This document shows, piece by piece, positions 12,370-25,992 of a DNA stretch of 64,000 bases. The translations under genes and the position numbers were made by a program. Location: the NCBI GenBank assembly GCA_026770705.1, contig JANJGN010000021.1:90706001-90770000 (forward strand), in the 5' to 3' direction. Within the stretch, counting starts at the first letter, position 1; each line of letters begins with the position of its first letter. The stretch is from Isurus oxyrinchus (lineage: Eukaryota). The notes under the pieces are model-generated. The model searched no databases. It was not told the DNA's origin and worked only from the letters and a program-made list of their open reading frames with translations.

Positions 12370-12710
12370 AAAAGCAAAATACTACGACTGCTGGAACTCT
12401 GAAACAAGAATATAAAATGCTGGGAAACTCAGCAGACCTAACAGCATATCTGGAGAGAATAACAGTTAACTTTTCGAGTCCTTTGACTCTTGATCAGAGC
12501 TAAGGAGAAGTAAAAATGTGATGGCAGCTATGCTTTTTAAGTGGGTGCAGCAGGTCAAGCCGGGTAGTGATAGCTGGGGGCAAAGGAGAGATTGACAAAG
12601 ATGTCATGAACAAAAGGATAAAGGGGGAATTAATGGTAGTAGTAAGGGCTAAATGAGTTGCTAATGGGGACATTGAGGTCAGAAAGCAGAATGTGGTAAT
12701 AGCAGGCCTT
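12370..12710 (-). mobile_element. Penelope-like element terminal fragment
   Basis: aaaatgctgggaaactcagcagacctaacagcatatctggagagaataacagttaacttttcgagtcc is the same motif found at 45860 next to a GIY-YIG coding remnant. Confidence 0.7.
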
Positions 12711-12869
12711 CTATAATTTCAGACAATTTCAGGTGCATAATCTGGGACGAAATTAATTACCATTTGGAAAATTGCCAAATTAAGAATTGCAGGTCAGAAT
12801 TGTGCTTTAAAGTCAAGTCATGTTACATTAGCTTGATCGAGTTTATTGAAGAAGTAATGGATGTGATTA

Positions 12870-14300
12870 AAGACGGTAGTGTTCTTGATATCTGTGCATA
12901 CTTTTAAAATTCGTTTGATAAGCCACAGCGAATGAACTGGTATGAAAAAAGCGATCGTGTTTTCAAAGCTCTGCATGCATATAACTTTGACTAATGGGCA
13001 GAAAGTATAAGCATGCTGGACACTTATTTCGTCAGAAACGAGGAGCTGTGTCATGTTTTCCCCAGGGTAGGCACTGGGCAATTGTTATTTTTGATATATT
13101 ATTTGGTCCGGACTTGAGTATAAAATATGTAACTTCAATGTCCAGAGAATCCATAGAGAAACACAGAAAACAATCAAAAGAGGATTTCGATGACAATTTA
13201 GAAAGACTGGTGAAATGGGCAGTTTCAAAGAAGGATCAGTGAAATTCGAGGAAATGTGAGATAATAGGGTTTGAAGAATGAGGGAGAGCATTAAATCAAA
13301 ATATGACCATTATAAAGGGACGGGTGGGGGCGGGTGGTGCTGAAACAGACAGACTTCGTGTGTGAACTTGCAGAACTTTTTGAAGGCAGCAGGAAATGTC
13401 AACAAGGTTCTCCAAATGACTGCCTTTACTTACTCTGTACTTTTACTAGGCATGCTACTACTTTATTCTATGCCATTCCATCACCGCACTCCCTCCTCTG
13501 CTCAACACCAGGAGGCAATCCAGCCCTATCCCAAATCAATAGTTGAAGCCACCCACTTATTGCTCAACAAAATTTCGAACTTCCACGATTTTCCCACTGG
13601 ACTCACTCCAAGCCTGAGCAATTAAAATGGTAATCACATGGGGGAGAAAAGCGATGCACGGATGAATGTATACGTTTAGTTAAGAGGTTACAAAAGCTAT
13701 GAATTTTCCGTGTTTCCTTTCTTTACAAAACGACTATAAAACACTGCTTAAGACCTATTTGGATCACTGCATCCAATTTTTGGCACCACACTCTAGGAAA
13801 TATACCAAATACTTGGACAGAATCTATTGGATGTGATAAAAGATTTCAGTTTGGTTCGGCTCTTTTAAGGGTGAAACAGTTAATGAGTAAATCGATAAAT
13901 GAATGGAAATGATCGAACTGTTTTGATACCAGAATTAAGGATATGTAACATGCGAGTCCATAAGCAAAGAGCAACAAACTTAAGGTAATTGGCAAAAGAA
14001 TCGGAGCTGAAATGAGTAAAACATCATAACAAGCGACTTTTCATTATCCAGAAAAATATTGTTATGTGAAACAAAAAATAACCGTATGAATTATGTGCTT
14101 GAGATTTAAATCATGCTGCGCTAACTTGAACAACTTAATAGATAAATGGTAAGGTTAATGACGGCAGTGTTGTCATTGTCATTCTGTTCTTTGGAAAGGC
14201 AACACAACACATGGAACTATTAGGCAAATAATATAGACAGCGGTGTTATAGACAGGATAGAGTTGTAAAACTGAACTCCGTAACTCTCATGCCGTTTGTC
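12870..14300 (+). mobile_element. Highly degraded CR1 fragments
   Basis: Remnants of FDKxPH, FPQG..LG, LERLVKWA (ORF 12994..13242) and RPxLxxC..FW.P-like segments. Confidence 0.6.
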
Positions 14301-15789
14301 CACAAGTAGAGGTTTTATTTTGCTTTAAAAAAATCGGCTGTGGCGCTGGTTCTAAAACTACTTTGTTTGTTAAGTCAAGTTTTTAAAGTAACTTGCATCA
14401 AATTATCAGGGACCTTTATCTTTGATTGTAGGCTGATGAAGCGACAAGTGATCAGATTGGGTTATAATGGACAGGCGTTGTCTGAGCAATTTTCCACTCC
14501 TGAACAGGTTGACTCATGGCGAGGAGAGTTGTACAGCTCTTCTGCATTTCAACCGAGATGTTTTTGTGTTACATGTCTTTTGTTGGACTGAGAGCACCCA
14601 ATAGATGACAACGATCTTTTGGCAATGCTGCATTAAAACGCTTCTCAACAATGTCACCTCACCAATCCATCCTTACCCTAATGAATTTTTCTGCCACCGA
14701 AAAAGTTGAAGTTGCAATCCTATACCATTGTTACACATTCGAAAAATAACATTCTTAATGACAAACTGGTGGAACACACCACAATATTTTCCACATTGAG
14801 AATGGCTGTCATTTGCCATTATACCTACCCCTTCCCCTCTCTCTTTTTCAGTTTCATAACAACTTGACTGTTAGGTGATTTTGTTTGTTTAAGGTAATAT
14901 GTTACTAAGTACTCCAAGCAATTTATTTTTGAACCTCTATATACGCAAAATCCACTCCAACACACTTAACAACTCTCTCTATTAACTCATCAAAGAGGCA
15001 GAAATAAAGCTTCAACCTGGTTCACAAACCCATACTTTCTGCCCCTTAGTAAGCCATGATTCTGAAAGCTTCCAGTTACTTTTCCGGCACTGAAGTGAGA
15101 CAGATTGTCCTTTTGTTACAAGTTTTACCCCTTTACGCTTTTTAAAACAGTGACTGCAGGCCATTGTCTAATGAAACCACTCCAATATTTAAGGAGGAAT
15201 CTTTATTGTGCTCAGATTCGAACTTATCTCTATCCTAGCTCCACAAGGTAGGTTCGGAGATATCTACTCCTGATAAGGTGTCTTGGGACGAGCAGCAGAC
15301 GCAGCAAGCCATATATAGGTAGAGCCATGAACTCCCAAAGTGAGCGAATCTGATTAAAGATTTGCAGGCCTGTCGCAAGCAGTCCTGAAGAGTGGCGGGC
15401 AACTAAGTAACTGGCAGGAAGTAGAGTTTTCAAAATCTTTGTGATCCTCAACAGCATCTGAGCCTATTCAATGAGTGCAAAGGCAAGGCTGAAGTATACA
15501 CAAGAAGCTGCACAAAAGATGTCAAGTGGATGATATATTTCGGTCTCTATCTGAGTTTTATAACATTACAGTGAATTTGTATCACTTCAATTACAAGAAA
15601 GCAATTGCTGGTCTCATGAGATACAGCAAACGCCTTGAGTTCCGACAATGTCAAGGCTGTGGTGCTAAATTCCTTTGCTGCTGAGATAGACTTTTCACAA
15701 GCAAAACTCTTAATAAGGCCTGAATAGCATCCACCAGAGATAACTGAAAACAATATTTCTTTTAGCACAGAAATTGCGAATTGAGAAAA

Positions 15790-18700
15790 GAGACATGTTG
15801 TTTAAGCTTTTCGTCTTGCACTCATCAGGACAGACTTAAGAATGCCAAATTCTACAGAGAACAACAATGTATACAGCATGCTAAAAGTTGCTCGTTGGTT
15901 GGCAGGTGGCCTCTGATTGGTTGACGCATTGCCACGGAGAAAGTACAATGGAAACATTGCCACCATGATTTTGTTTAATTAAAAAATGCCTGTACATATT
16001 TCCCTTTTCTCAGAAGTGGACAGAAGTCCAAACAGGAATCGCATCTAACATTAAGCATGATGTTCTGCGTTATGCAAGAACGGATTGATTAAATAAAATA
16101 TGCACTTTGCTTATTGTGGACACTGAAGGGATATAAGGATGTACAAATGGCCAGTCGTCGTGACAGAGAGCCTATGTGCCTGGCATCGCAGCTGTTGTGA
16201 AGTTCAGACATATCAGTCATTTATGTGATTGGCAGAATGACTGTTGCTGAAAAATTTCGACTGCTTTAAACCAAGATTGTGCCAGTTTGAATTTCCGTGT
16301 ATATTGATAAAAACATAAAGTGAGATATAGTTCTAGGATCCAGCAAGAATTTATGCACGTTGAGGTGAACAAGTTAATTGTTTGATTAAATTCTATATGC
16401 TGCCATAAGCCATGCTTTCTCTCAGGTGCCCAAATTTCCTTCATGTTTTAATTTGATCCATTTGCGCCCACATTGCTTGTACAGCCCATCACACATAAGA
16501 AATATCTGCTTGGCACACGCTCGCACTGCAAACTCACTCTAGCGGGAGCATTTTGGGAGTCCAATTAATGATGTGGCAAAACATGTAGTAAATCTGTTTG
16601 ATCATGCACTCTCTGAAAGCGAGGAGTTTGTTTTTGTGCACAGCTTCCACTTTGCTGCTCCTACATCCCAGGTCAAATGTGAAAAGGTACGTTCGGAGTT
16701 TCAATTTGTCTATTCTCAGTTATCTCACCACACACCATTGTCCAATCAAGTCTGAGCACTTGAAAATGCGCCGACCTGTTCTAGCAAATGCATATTGCGG
16801 CATGCCTAATGACTTGTCAGTTTTTCACATGCAACGTGAATGCCTGGTGGCGTTAGGCCCAAGACAGACATGTCTATTAGCAAGCATGGTAAAGCGACTG
16901 GCATTGTCAAGATCAACAAACATGACAATATTAATAAAACACAAGCCGCTCTTAATGTCGATTCCGAATTCGGATCTAGGGGATTGCAAGATTGCATAGC
17001 TTTGCTCAAAAGCAATTTCCAAAAAAAATGCCAGATTTGTGTAAGAGTAATGAGCTGCCATGCTGCCCAGGGCATAGAGAAAGAGGTTCCCTTACTCCCT
17101 ATCGTATTTCAGAATGGTTCTGCATAACACGAAGTGACTATATGGTTGACTGAGTTGATACAAACAGTTCTGAGTGACTATTCCACAAACAAGATGCAAG
17201 ATTCCTTCACAATTGCGACGACTATTCAACACATACATATACATAGTAATGCCATGTCGATGAGTCTGTTGATTATTTCGAGCCAATTCACTAATGTAAA
17301 GGTCAAACAACAAAATTGCATTCGGGTCGCATCACTCTTTCTTGGCAAACATTTGGCACCGCCATTTTCTGAATCTGCATACGTTTAGCTTGAGAACGTG
17401 ACAACCCGCATATTTGAGTTTGGCTTTAGGGAAATCACGTAATCGTAAAGATATGATGTTCCATTTGGTCTCCATTCCAGGCTTAGCTTTCGCAAACAAT
17501 TTTTTGCAGATTTCCAGGAGGAAAAGATTTTCCACAGGATTATCTCTAAGGCATATTTTGCATGTTTTGGATACGTGGATGTTGCTACTGTGAATATGCA
17601 GCTGCACAGATGGATATCATTACAAACGGTAATGTGCTACATCCTACACTTAAAATCATCTGGGAAACCAAGAAATCGAAGGAGTTCACTTTGCTCGGTC
17701 TGCTCTTTAAGAAATCCATTAATGAGTTCCCCAATGTTGTCAAGCGCAATCCTAGTTTCTCTAGCATAAATATACATTGGGATTTCCTTGGCTAAACACA
17801 TCATATATTGGCCTTACTGGCAATTTCATTTGCTGAAGATGAACGTTTGGCAACGAATTAGCGCGTATCAAAGATATTCTGCTGGATAATAGCTATCCCG
17901 AGAAAATAGCCGCACTCAAAAACAAATTATACAACTGCTTCTTCGACTTTTGTAATAGCAACGAACTGTCAAGTGGTATATATGATAGGATTCAATCTCA
18001 GGACTAATTGCACCTGCCTCGTATGGGTGCCCAAAAAGCACAAAAGTGATTTCTCTTTGCAATTTATCTTAACTATGACTAGTTCTGCACAGCAGATATT
18101 AGCCCATTGATTAGGGGAGTGGAATAAACGGTTGTGAGAACTTTTCCCACGTACATGCTGAAGGATTCCTTCACCTTTGTGATGGTGATACATGGCTTGC
18201 TTGTCGATAGCACTGCCATGACCATGTGCTCATGTGACATTGCTAATACTTTCAGTACCGGTCAGTTAAGCCACAGACATTTGCATTGTGTCACTCCATC
18301 ATGGCGCACTGCTATTTTCTTAGTCTATATTAATTGAACTTATGAACTCAACAGCTTGTGCAACTGCGCTCACTTTTAATGATGCCATGTTCGTCGACAT
18401 AGTGTGTGTTGCCATAGCATCCCTTCTAGGGGCAGCTGTAGAACACATCTTTGTCGCTGATTATGAGAAACGCGTCTTCGATGGAAGGACACTAAACTTA
18501 CTACTGCTTTGTCACTATCCACGAGAAAAACGTCTTTGATGGATAGACACCTCACCTCCTACCACGTTGCATATTTCTGATACGTCAATGATGTTTGCTA
18601 TATTTTAATAAGTAGCTGCATGTATGAATTTCCTTATGCACTTTAATGCCGCTGATATTCTGCTCAAATTCATCATTGAAATGGAGCGGTCACACGGGCT

Positions 18701-19790
18701 CCCTTTCCGCGGCATGCTAGTTGAGAAATCTACCACTGCTTTCTCCACTCCTGTCTAATCAAAACCTACATTCATGGGTCAATATATGTATTTGAACTCC
18801 ACAGTTCCACGCATTGGCAAGCTGGTAAATAAGCCCCGAGCCATTTGATTGCTATGCAATTTTGATGCTGAAATAGGGCCCATCAAAGCTATCCTGCAGA
18901 TTACTTTTCTTTGCATGTTGCAGAATCACATGAACGAGCCTTTGACCACCACATTCCCTGCTGAAACGTGCCCAGACTAACTCTAGTTACCTTGGAAAGA
19001 ATTTGACCAAAAGATAAAGCTAGCCATTTCAAGCACCTTCTATGCAGTAGTTCTATCCTCCACTAACAGGATGTTGCCGTCAAGCCACAAAACCGTTCTG
19101 TCCATCACACAAATGTTCATGTGATGGCGACTTTCAATGCGGGTCTGATGCCAGGAAGTAAGCTGTGTGTCCCAACGACTGGCAGATCATAGGAAGCATC
19201 ATGTCCCTTCGGCTGCTCACAACAGGCAAAGTGCTAACTGAACTCAATCATCCCATGTCCACAAAACTCAACACACAGTGTCCAACTTTAGATGTAATTC
19301 CACCATTTAACAGGACTTGTGAAACAATCCTTATTCTCTTAATAATTGCATCAGAAACCAATTTAAGATTATCAGTCGGGCTCGCAGTGTATCTCCCTTA
19401 CACGTGTTATTAGCTGCAGCTATTGGGACACAGGACCCCTTTGCAAACAAATGGAGCATCACCACGCATTGCTCCTTTTAAAAATGAATGGAAGCTCGTC
19501 GTGTAGCCATTACCTGCTGCATTCCCGACGGTGATGCATTGTCCCATCAGAATCGAGCTGTCCGGTCAGAATTAAACAGGTGCCTGGCAATTAACTCTCC
19601 CCTTGGTTCATTCTCCTTGGCAACAGCTTTACCAGTTTCAGTCCACTTGCTAACCAATCAGCACGCCCTTCTCGTGCAGTTTTAATTGTTGTTCCCTTTA
19701 AATTGGTATTCTTGCGCATCTGTCCTGATGAGGAGAAGAGGAATATCTTCCACACTTTGCAATAATACTCGAGTTCTGTTCTACCAAACG
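15790..19790 (+). mobile_element. Penelope-like retroelement (RT plus GIY-YIG) with inverted terminal copies, degraded and interrupted
   Basis: ORF 16840..17127 ISKHGKATGIVKINKHDNINK resembles ITKPDKGxGIVILNKxDYINK; near 18660-18790 LKFIIEME...LPF..MLVEKS...KPTFMGQY; near 19130-19190 FQC..DAR.....SQRLAD (GIY-YIG); 15790-15950 is an inverted, diverged copy of 19600-19770. Confidence 0.8.
17330..18540 (-). mobile_element. Possible hAT (Charlie/GTF2IRD2-like) transposase remnant nested in the Penelope element
   Basis: Minus-strand fragments YPKHAKYALEII and ICKKLFAKAK loosely resemble the hAT C-terminal region; very decayed. Confidence 0.3.
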
Positions 19791-20429
19791 ACTAGAAGTA
19801 GTAATGCATAAGGAAAGAAATGATGTGCCTGGGAGAGCAAGCATCACAGTAATGAATATTGCTGCCCGAAAATTAACATAGGATCCTCAAGATGCAGGCA
19901 TATGAAGGAATAGAATTTCAAACAAATTTTGGGAGCTCAGATTGCAGTTCAACATTTCTAAATTCAATATTGAGTCCTGCAAGCTTTAAAGTGCCTAAAC
20001 CAAAGATAAGGCACTATTGCTCGAGCTCCTGTTTAGCTTCATTGAAACACACCTTTAGTCTGAGGATGATGTAGAAGTGTGAGAGCAAGCGAGGTAGCAA
20101 TTCAAAAAGCAAGTCACTTGGTGAAACTCTTGGGCGGAATTTTACACCGGCGGGATTTTACGTTTCCCCCAGTCTCAATGGACTTTTGAAAGTCTATTTT
20201 ACGTCCATGCTGCTGCGCCGGGACCATAAACTTCCATACCTGGGGCCTGCTTGCGTATTGAACGGAGATGTTTCACAAAAAGTACAAACAATCTGCGTGC
20301 CATCTTGCCATTGTAGAGGATATTGTAATGCAAACAAATGATGCATTATATTAAATTGAAGTAAAATAAACACGAATCGATGAGTCATTTTAATGGATTG
20401 TTTAGTGTTTTAAATATGACAGAGCACAG

Positions 20430-21510
20430 CGTTCAAAGTGTATGTAGTCCATAAGCTGGGCTAGCATGGTAACTTCTGGTGGGAAGAAGATGGTTTGCTG
20501 GGCAGCATTAGGTAGTGCACCAAGATGTTGCAGAGCCAAGGGCACCTTCGGAATACTGAAAATGGATTGGAAAAAATGGTGGTTTAATGGTGGAAACGCG
20601 TTGGAGGTGGCATGTATGGTGCTGAATGATCCTGGCTTATAGTGATTATTCTTGATAATATTTTGTGCGAATGGAGACAGAGAAGTCGAGGAAGGGAAGG
20701 GAATTGTTGGAGAGGAACCACGTGAAAATTAGGGGAAAATGGAAATTGCAAGCAAAGTTGGTAATTTCCAATTCACAGAAAGAGAAGGTGACGGCTTAGA
20801 TGTACTCATAACAGCGTGCTTAAAAAAAAGGGTTGAGGGATGTGACCCGAGTATAATTGGAAGAAGAAATCTTCCACATAGTCCATAAAGAAAAAATACA
20901 TAGCTAGCATGCACACAAGCACCCACAATATCACATTGTATCTGGAGGAGGTTAGGTAGCATAAAGATAATCGTTTAATGATGCTAAGTTTAGCCAAGTG
21001 TTAGAAGAATGTAGAGTTTGGAAGTTCGTTCGACCTAAGTTCACAAAAGAGGTGGATAGGCCTATGGTCGGCCTAATGGTGGATAGCAGTATGTAAAGAT
21101 TGGTCATCAATAATGGAGGCAAGTTTGATGCCAGTTAATTGAAAATAGTTAAATTAAAATGGAGCATCAGAAGGAATATGGATGCAAATAGCCAAAGGCT
21201 GGACAAAAGGAGGAAAATAACACCAGGATGGAAGGAAAACAGTTGTCAGGACCTGGAGAATGCAGGAATGATCTGCCTACTAGGTCTATGCTGTTAAATC
21301 TTTTGGGAAGAAGGCAAAAACACGGTTATAGGAGCATTCGGGGACAATTTGTTTGAAGGCTGCAGAGCGAAGATCTCCAGAGGAGTTGAAATCAATGTCA
21401 GCTGCAGATGCAATGGCATGATATTCGTTGATGGGTCATTGTCTCAAAGAAGGTTAAATCAAATAACGGAGGGGTGTGCTCAGCCTCTTCTCAATAGAGG
21501 TCGGTAGGAA
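20430..21510 (-). mobile_element. Penelope-like RT remnant (second family)
   Basis: Reverse strand near 21080-21105 reads QSLHTAIH, resembling the RT motif DVQSLYTSIP, in degraded RT-like context. Confidence 0.6.
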
Positions 21511-21749
21511 TGAATATTTGTTTCAAATTCGTACCTCTCACCGAGAGTTAGATGTATTTTTCCACCAGCTGCTTCTACAGTAAGCTATCCTAATCACTTC
21601 ACGACAGCTATTTTGATTTCCCTTGTCTTGATTTTCGTGGACATAAGACCAGCTCCTCCCCATTTTGCATCATGAGCTCAGCAGTACACTGTAAAGCTAA
21701 GTCATTTAAAGAGCATTTCAGTGTATTATTGTGTGAATATATGAGGGAG

Positions 21750-22790
21750 CTGTCGAAAGAGAAGGTGGCGAATGGAGTAGGGATGGTGAGATAAGTGCTT
21801 AATTGTTAGGTTCATGTAACTGGGTGAAGGGTAAATTGGCAAGTGCCTGGGCGTTCATTGCCTCGGGTGGCTAGGGGGTAGCGTGGTAATTGGTTAACTT
21901 GGAATGTGGTATGGTAGCAAGTGAGCAGGGTACCTGGTAGCTAGGGTGCCAGGTGGATAGGCTGCTCGGCGGGTAGGGTGACAGATAGGTATGTTGGTAG
22001 GTCAGTAAGGCGCAATTGGGTAGGTTACTTGAGGGTGTGGTAGCAGCTGTGGGAGGTGGTAGAGTGGAAGGTGAGTAGCATGGTAGGTGGATAACGTGGT
22101 TGCTTTGTAATTAAATACCCTAGTTGCTAGCAACGGTGACAGCTGGTTTGGGTGGTAGATAGCCTGTCAGATTAGATGGGCTGTTCGGTGTCTGATCTGG
22201 ATAGAGTCACAGCAGGGTGAGGTGTTACTTGGGTAGGATGGCATCCGTTTCAGTGGAAGTATCGCAGAACGGTAGGAGGGTAGGGTGGCTGATGTGTTGG
22301 CAGCAAGGTGTTGGTGGCTAAGCACATGAGCGACATAGTCAGGTAGAGTGCAGATTGTGTATGGTAGCCGCTGGGTAGAAAGGTAAGTGCCGGGGTGTTC
22401 AGGGTGATAGGTCGGTCCATTGTTGGTGGGTATTTGAAAATTGGACGCGATGACAGAATCGCAGCTAGGAGAAGTGGAATGTAGGTACCGTGCTAGTTGG
22501 GTAGAGTGGCAAGTGAGTGATATGGGTGTTTGAGAGGATAGATAGGCCTGGGTAGTTTTGCTGTGTAGCAAAGCTTTGCTAGGTCGGGGTCTAATCAGGA
22601 CTGGTAGGGGTGGGAACTGACTGTAATCGGTAATAATGTAAGGTCAGAGGAGAGCCTTGAGTTTGCAAGGATGGATTGTCAGATAATGCTGGTTGGTCAA
22701 CATATGTCAGTGGAGTCAGTGTGGTCAGGGCTGGCCGACGGTGTGGGGTGAGGTTCAGGGGAGTGCCACGGCCTCGGTGTGCGTGTTTGG
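21750..22790. repeat. G/T-rich low-complexity tract (ggtag/gggtg-rich)
   Basis: Strong G skew with recurring ggtag, gggt and ggtgg words. Confidence 0.8.
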
Positions 22791-23937
22791 GGATTGGGGT
22801 CCCCCTTCTATTTTTGCAATGAAGTTGAACTAGGATTTTTCGGACCTGAATTTCACTGGTTGCTGTTTATGTACATAATCCAAAGTTGTACAGATTTTTG
22901 GAGGTCCCCGGGAAGCAGGGGAATTGTCCATTACAAGTTCAAACTTCCTGGGCAATTGCCACCAAGGCAGCCTGTTAGGGACCTTGAAGATATTTTAAGT
23001 CTCTGAACATGCCTGTTTTAGCGCAGCACATTTTCTGACTTTGGTAGTGTGAGAGGTGTCTGTTCCCTGATCTAGTCTGACTGTTGTGCATTCACTAAAA
23101 TCTGTGATCTGAATTCAGCAAGTTCTCTGAGCTCGTAGCTATGACCGCTATTTTCTCGCTGAATTCTGCATGATGAGTGGTATGAAATTGATAGTTTTGA
23201 GCATCGTGCTTTCTTGGAACACTGACAGTGTTGTACAGTCATTGAGAACAACATCAGGATTGTCATGAACCATCTCAAAACACCAGTATAAGAAAGGTGC
23301 ATACACTGAACTCGGCAAATCGGACATGTTGCACCATATAAACAGAACAAAGGTTGCAAGTGCTGGGAAGATATCCTGAACCTAGAAATGCTATGGTTAT
23401 AGCTGCAATGTAATTCTTAATGCCATGTTTTCAGAACTGTGTGCTGTCTTTACATAGAGAGATGAAAATAGTTACTAGAATTGTTCCAGGGATGAGGAAT
23501 AAAGTAATTTGGTTAGACTAGAGTAAATGTGTTGTTCTCCTAACAGCAGAGACGTATAAGAACACATTTCGTAGGGTGATTGAAATCATAAACTATTTGA
23601 ATAGAATAAATGAAAATGATCTTTTCTAATATCCTGATTGTTAACAATTGGAGGAGCACGAAGTTGGGGCATTGCCAAAAGAAGAAATCAGAAGCATTTG
23701 TGCGTGAACACGTTAGTAGTGGGGTGTGGTGGGGAGTCAAAACTACAGAACCAAACATGTCCAATTTAAAACCCTGAAACTCCATTTTTATAGGAACTGA
23801 TTTCCCGCTCGTAAATAAGCCCACCAACACCATAGATGCAGTTTTGGATTTCTGTCATATTAATATTTAAAACACAGACTTATGTCCTCCAGAGTCAAAA
23901 GCGTAGTGCGATGTAACACTGTCACTTTTACCTACAG

Positions 23938-23964
23938 ATGATGATTTGAAAATTAAGCAAGCAG
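23938..23964 (+). CDS. Microexon 5, 27 nt ((N)DDLKIKQA), GC donor
   Basis: cacttttacctacag|ATGATGATTTGAAAATTAAGCAAGCAG|gcaagt, a consensus GC-AG donor; phase 1. Confidence 0.82.
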
Positions 23965-24098
23965 GCAAGTTTGTTTAAAATTCAGTGTTTCACATTAAAA
24001 CACTTGTAATATATGCAACTTACTTCTTATGTTTCAGAAGATATAAGTATTAGAATCAGCACGGAATCAATAAGTATATTTTGTTATTATTACTTTAG

Positions 24099-24125
24099 AA
24101 CTTGACAAACATGTACAAAGCGATG
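24099..24125 (+). CDS. Microexon 6, 27 nt ((E)LDKHVQSD)
   Basis: ttgttattattactttag|AACTTGACAAACATGTACAAAGCGATG|gtgagt. Confidence 0.88.
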
Positions 24126-25129
24126 GTGAGTATTGAATCAAAGTTAAAGATAAATAACAGGTGGGAACATTATCGAATAAACGATTATCATTGTAAGATT
24201 AATTCAAAAACTGATTGGGAGCAATTTTAAATGAGCAGCTTATTTGAAGAATGCAAAGATCGGGTGCAAATTCGATGCTATATCCCAAACGGCTTTATCC
24301 TCCATTGAATCTGAAAGCAACTTTCAAGCTCTTCTTTCCATTTTTCAACATGATTCCATTAACAACGGTGGCCTGTGTACCGTTAACAGTGCAACTTTGC
24401 TATATCTTGATTTTGACGTTGTTCCATTTGTGTTTGTTTCCCCAAAATGATCCTGTACCTTATTCAAAATTGAAACAAACATTTTAATTGTCCTTGCAGA
24501 AAATAAGATCTAAAGCTTCCTTCAATAAATGTTACATTTATCTAAGGTTACTATAATACTTATGACTTTAACAACAGCTATATTGATTGCTGATTTGGGC
24601 AATTCTGTTGGATTCCAGGTCGTCTTCAACGGTCGTTTGTAAATTCCACTTCCTTTGCAGTGTTTTTTGTTTCTACACAACTGCTCTCAGGCCATCCCAT
24701 GCATTGAAAACACCCTCTAATTCCTGTTTATATTTAAGCACAACTTTTGTGCTTCTAGTATTTTCTGGCTCAGGACATAAATGCATTGTGCATTAGGTAG
24801 CATTACATTGAAGAAATCACTTTGCGATGATTATTTAAATCTTTTCTACAATCAGCAACTCAAGGGGTTAATGTGGGATATCACATTCCATGAATATGAA
24901 AGGTCCTTTATCACAAAATAGCTTTGACATTCTTCTGCCATTGGTAGGAAAGGAGAATTATCCCTACACTTATATCGCAGCTCGACCAAAATGAGGTGAA
25001 CTTTAACAATCCTCATACAATGGCTCTCAGTCCGTGGAAGTGGCCATATTGTTCTTTCAGATGAACGAAGGTCTGTTTGAACTTGCAGACTCTGACTCAT
25101 ACATGACAAACTAGGAGATGCTTAAGTCT

Positions 25130-25992
25130 CTGTAAACATCACGATCACTTGTTATCTGCAGTCCATGTCCAATTGCAGCAAGGCCTGTACAATATCCAAG
25201 CTTGGACTGACAAGTAGCAACAACATTTGCACCACATAAGTGCCAGGAAATGACCATCTCCATCAAGAGAGAATCCGGCCGTCTCCCCTTGATGTTCAAT
25301 GGTATCACCATCATTGAATCCCCCACTATCAGCATTCTGAGCGTTACCATTGACCAGAAGCAGAACTTGGCAAGCCACATAAATACTATCGCTACAAAAG
25401 CAGGTCAGGGGCTAGGAATCCTGCGATGAGTAACTCATTCCTTGACTCCGCAAAGCCTGTCCAACATTTGCAAGACACAAGTCATGAACGTGATGGAATA
25501 CTATCCATTTGCCTGGATGGGAGCAGCTCCCACAACACTAAAGAAGCTTCACAGTGTCCATGGCAAAGAAGCCCATTGATTGGCAGCACATCCACAAACT
25601 ATCTCTCCCACCACCACGGACACAGGAGCAGCAGTGTAGATCATCTACAAGGTGCACTGCAGGGATTCACCAAGGCTCCTTCGACAGTGCCTTCAAAACC
25701 CAAGACCACTACCATCAACACGGGCAGCAGATAGATCGGAACACCACGACCTGGAAGTTCCCCTCCAAGTCACTCACCATCCTGAAATAGAAATATATTG
25801 CTGTTCTTTCACTGTCCCTGGCTCAAAATCGAGGAGCTCCCTTCCTAAAGCCATGGTGGGTGCACCTACACCGCATGAACTGCAGCAGTTCAAGTCTGCA
25901 GCTCACCAGCAACTTCTCAAGGGCAACTCACGATGGTCAATAAATGCTGGTTCAGCCTGCGAAGCAGACATCCCGTGAATGAATAAAAAAAA
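25130..25992 (+). mobile_element. CR1/L2-group LINE 3' end
   Basis: Decayed RT C-terminus (NIQAW.DK...FAPHKCQ.M.IS, ILSVTIDQK.N) ending in aataaatgctgg...catcccgtgaatgaataaaaaaaa; related copies at about 33640-34140(-) and 61150-62875(+). Confidence 0.8.

Noticed and set aside
24038-24073. 36-nt open segment after gtttcag
   Set aside because: It would leave only a 25-nt intron before exon 6, too short to splice.
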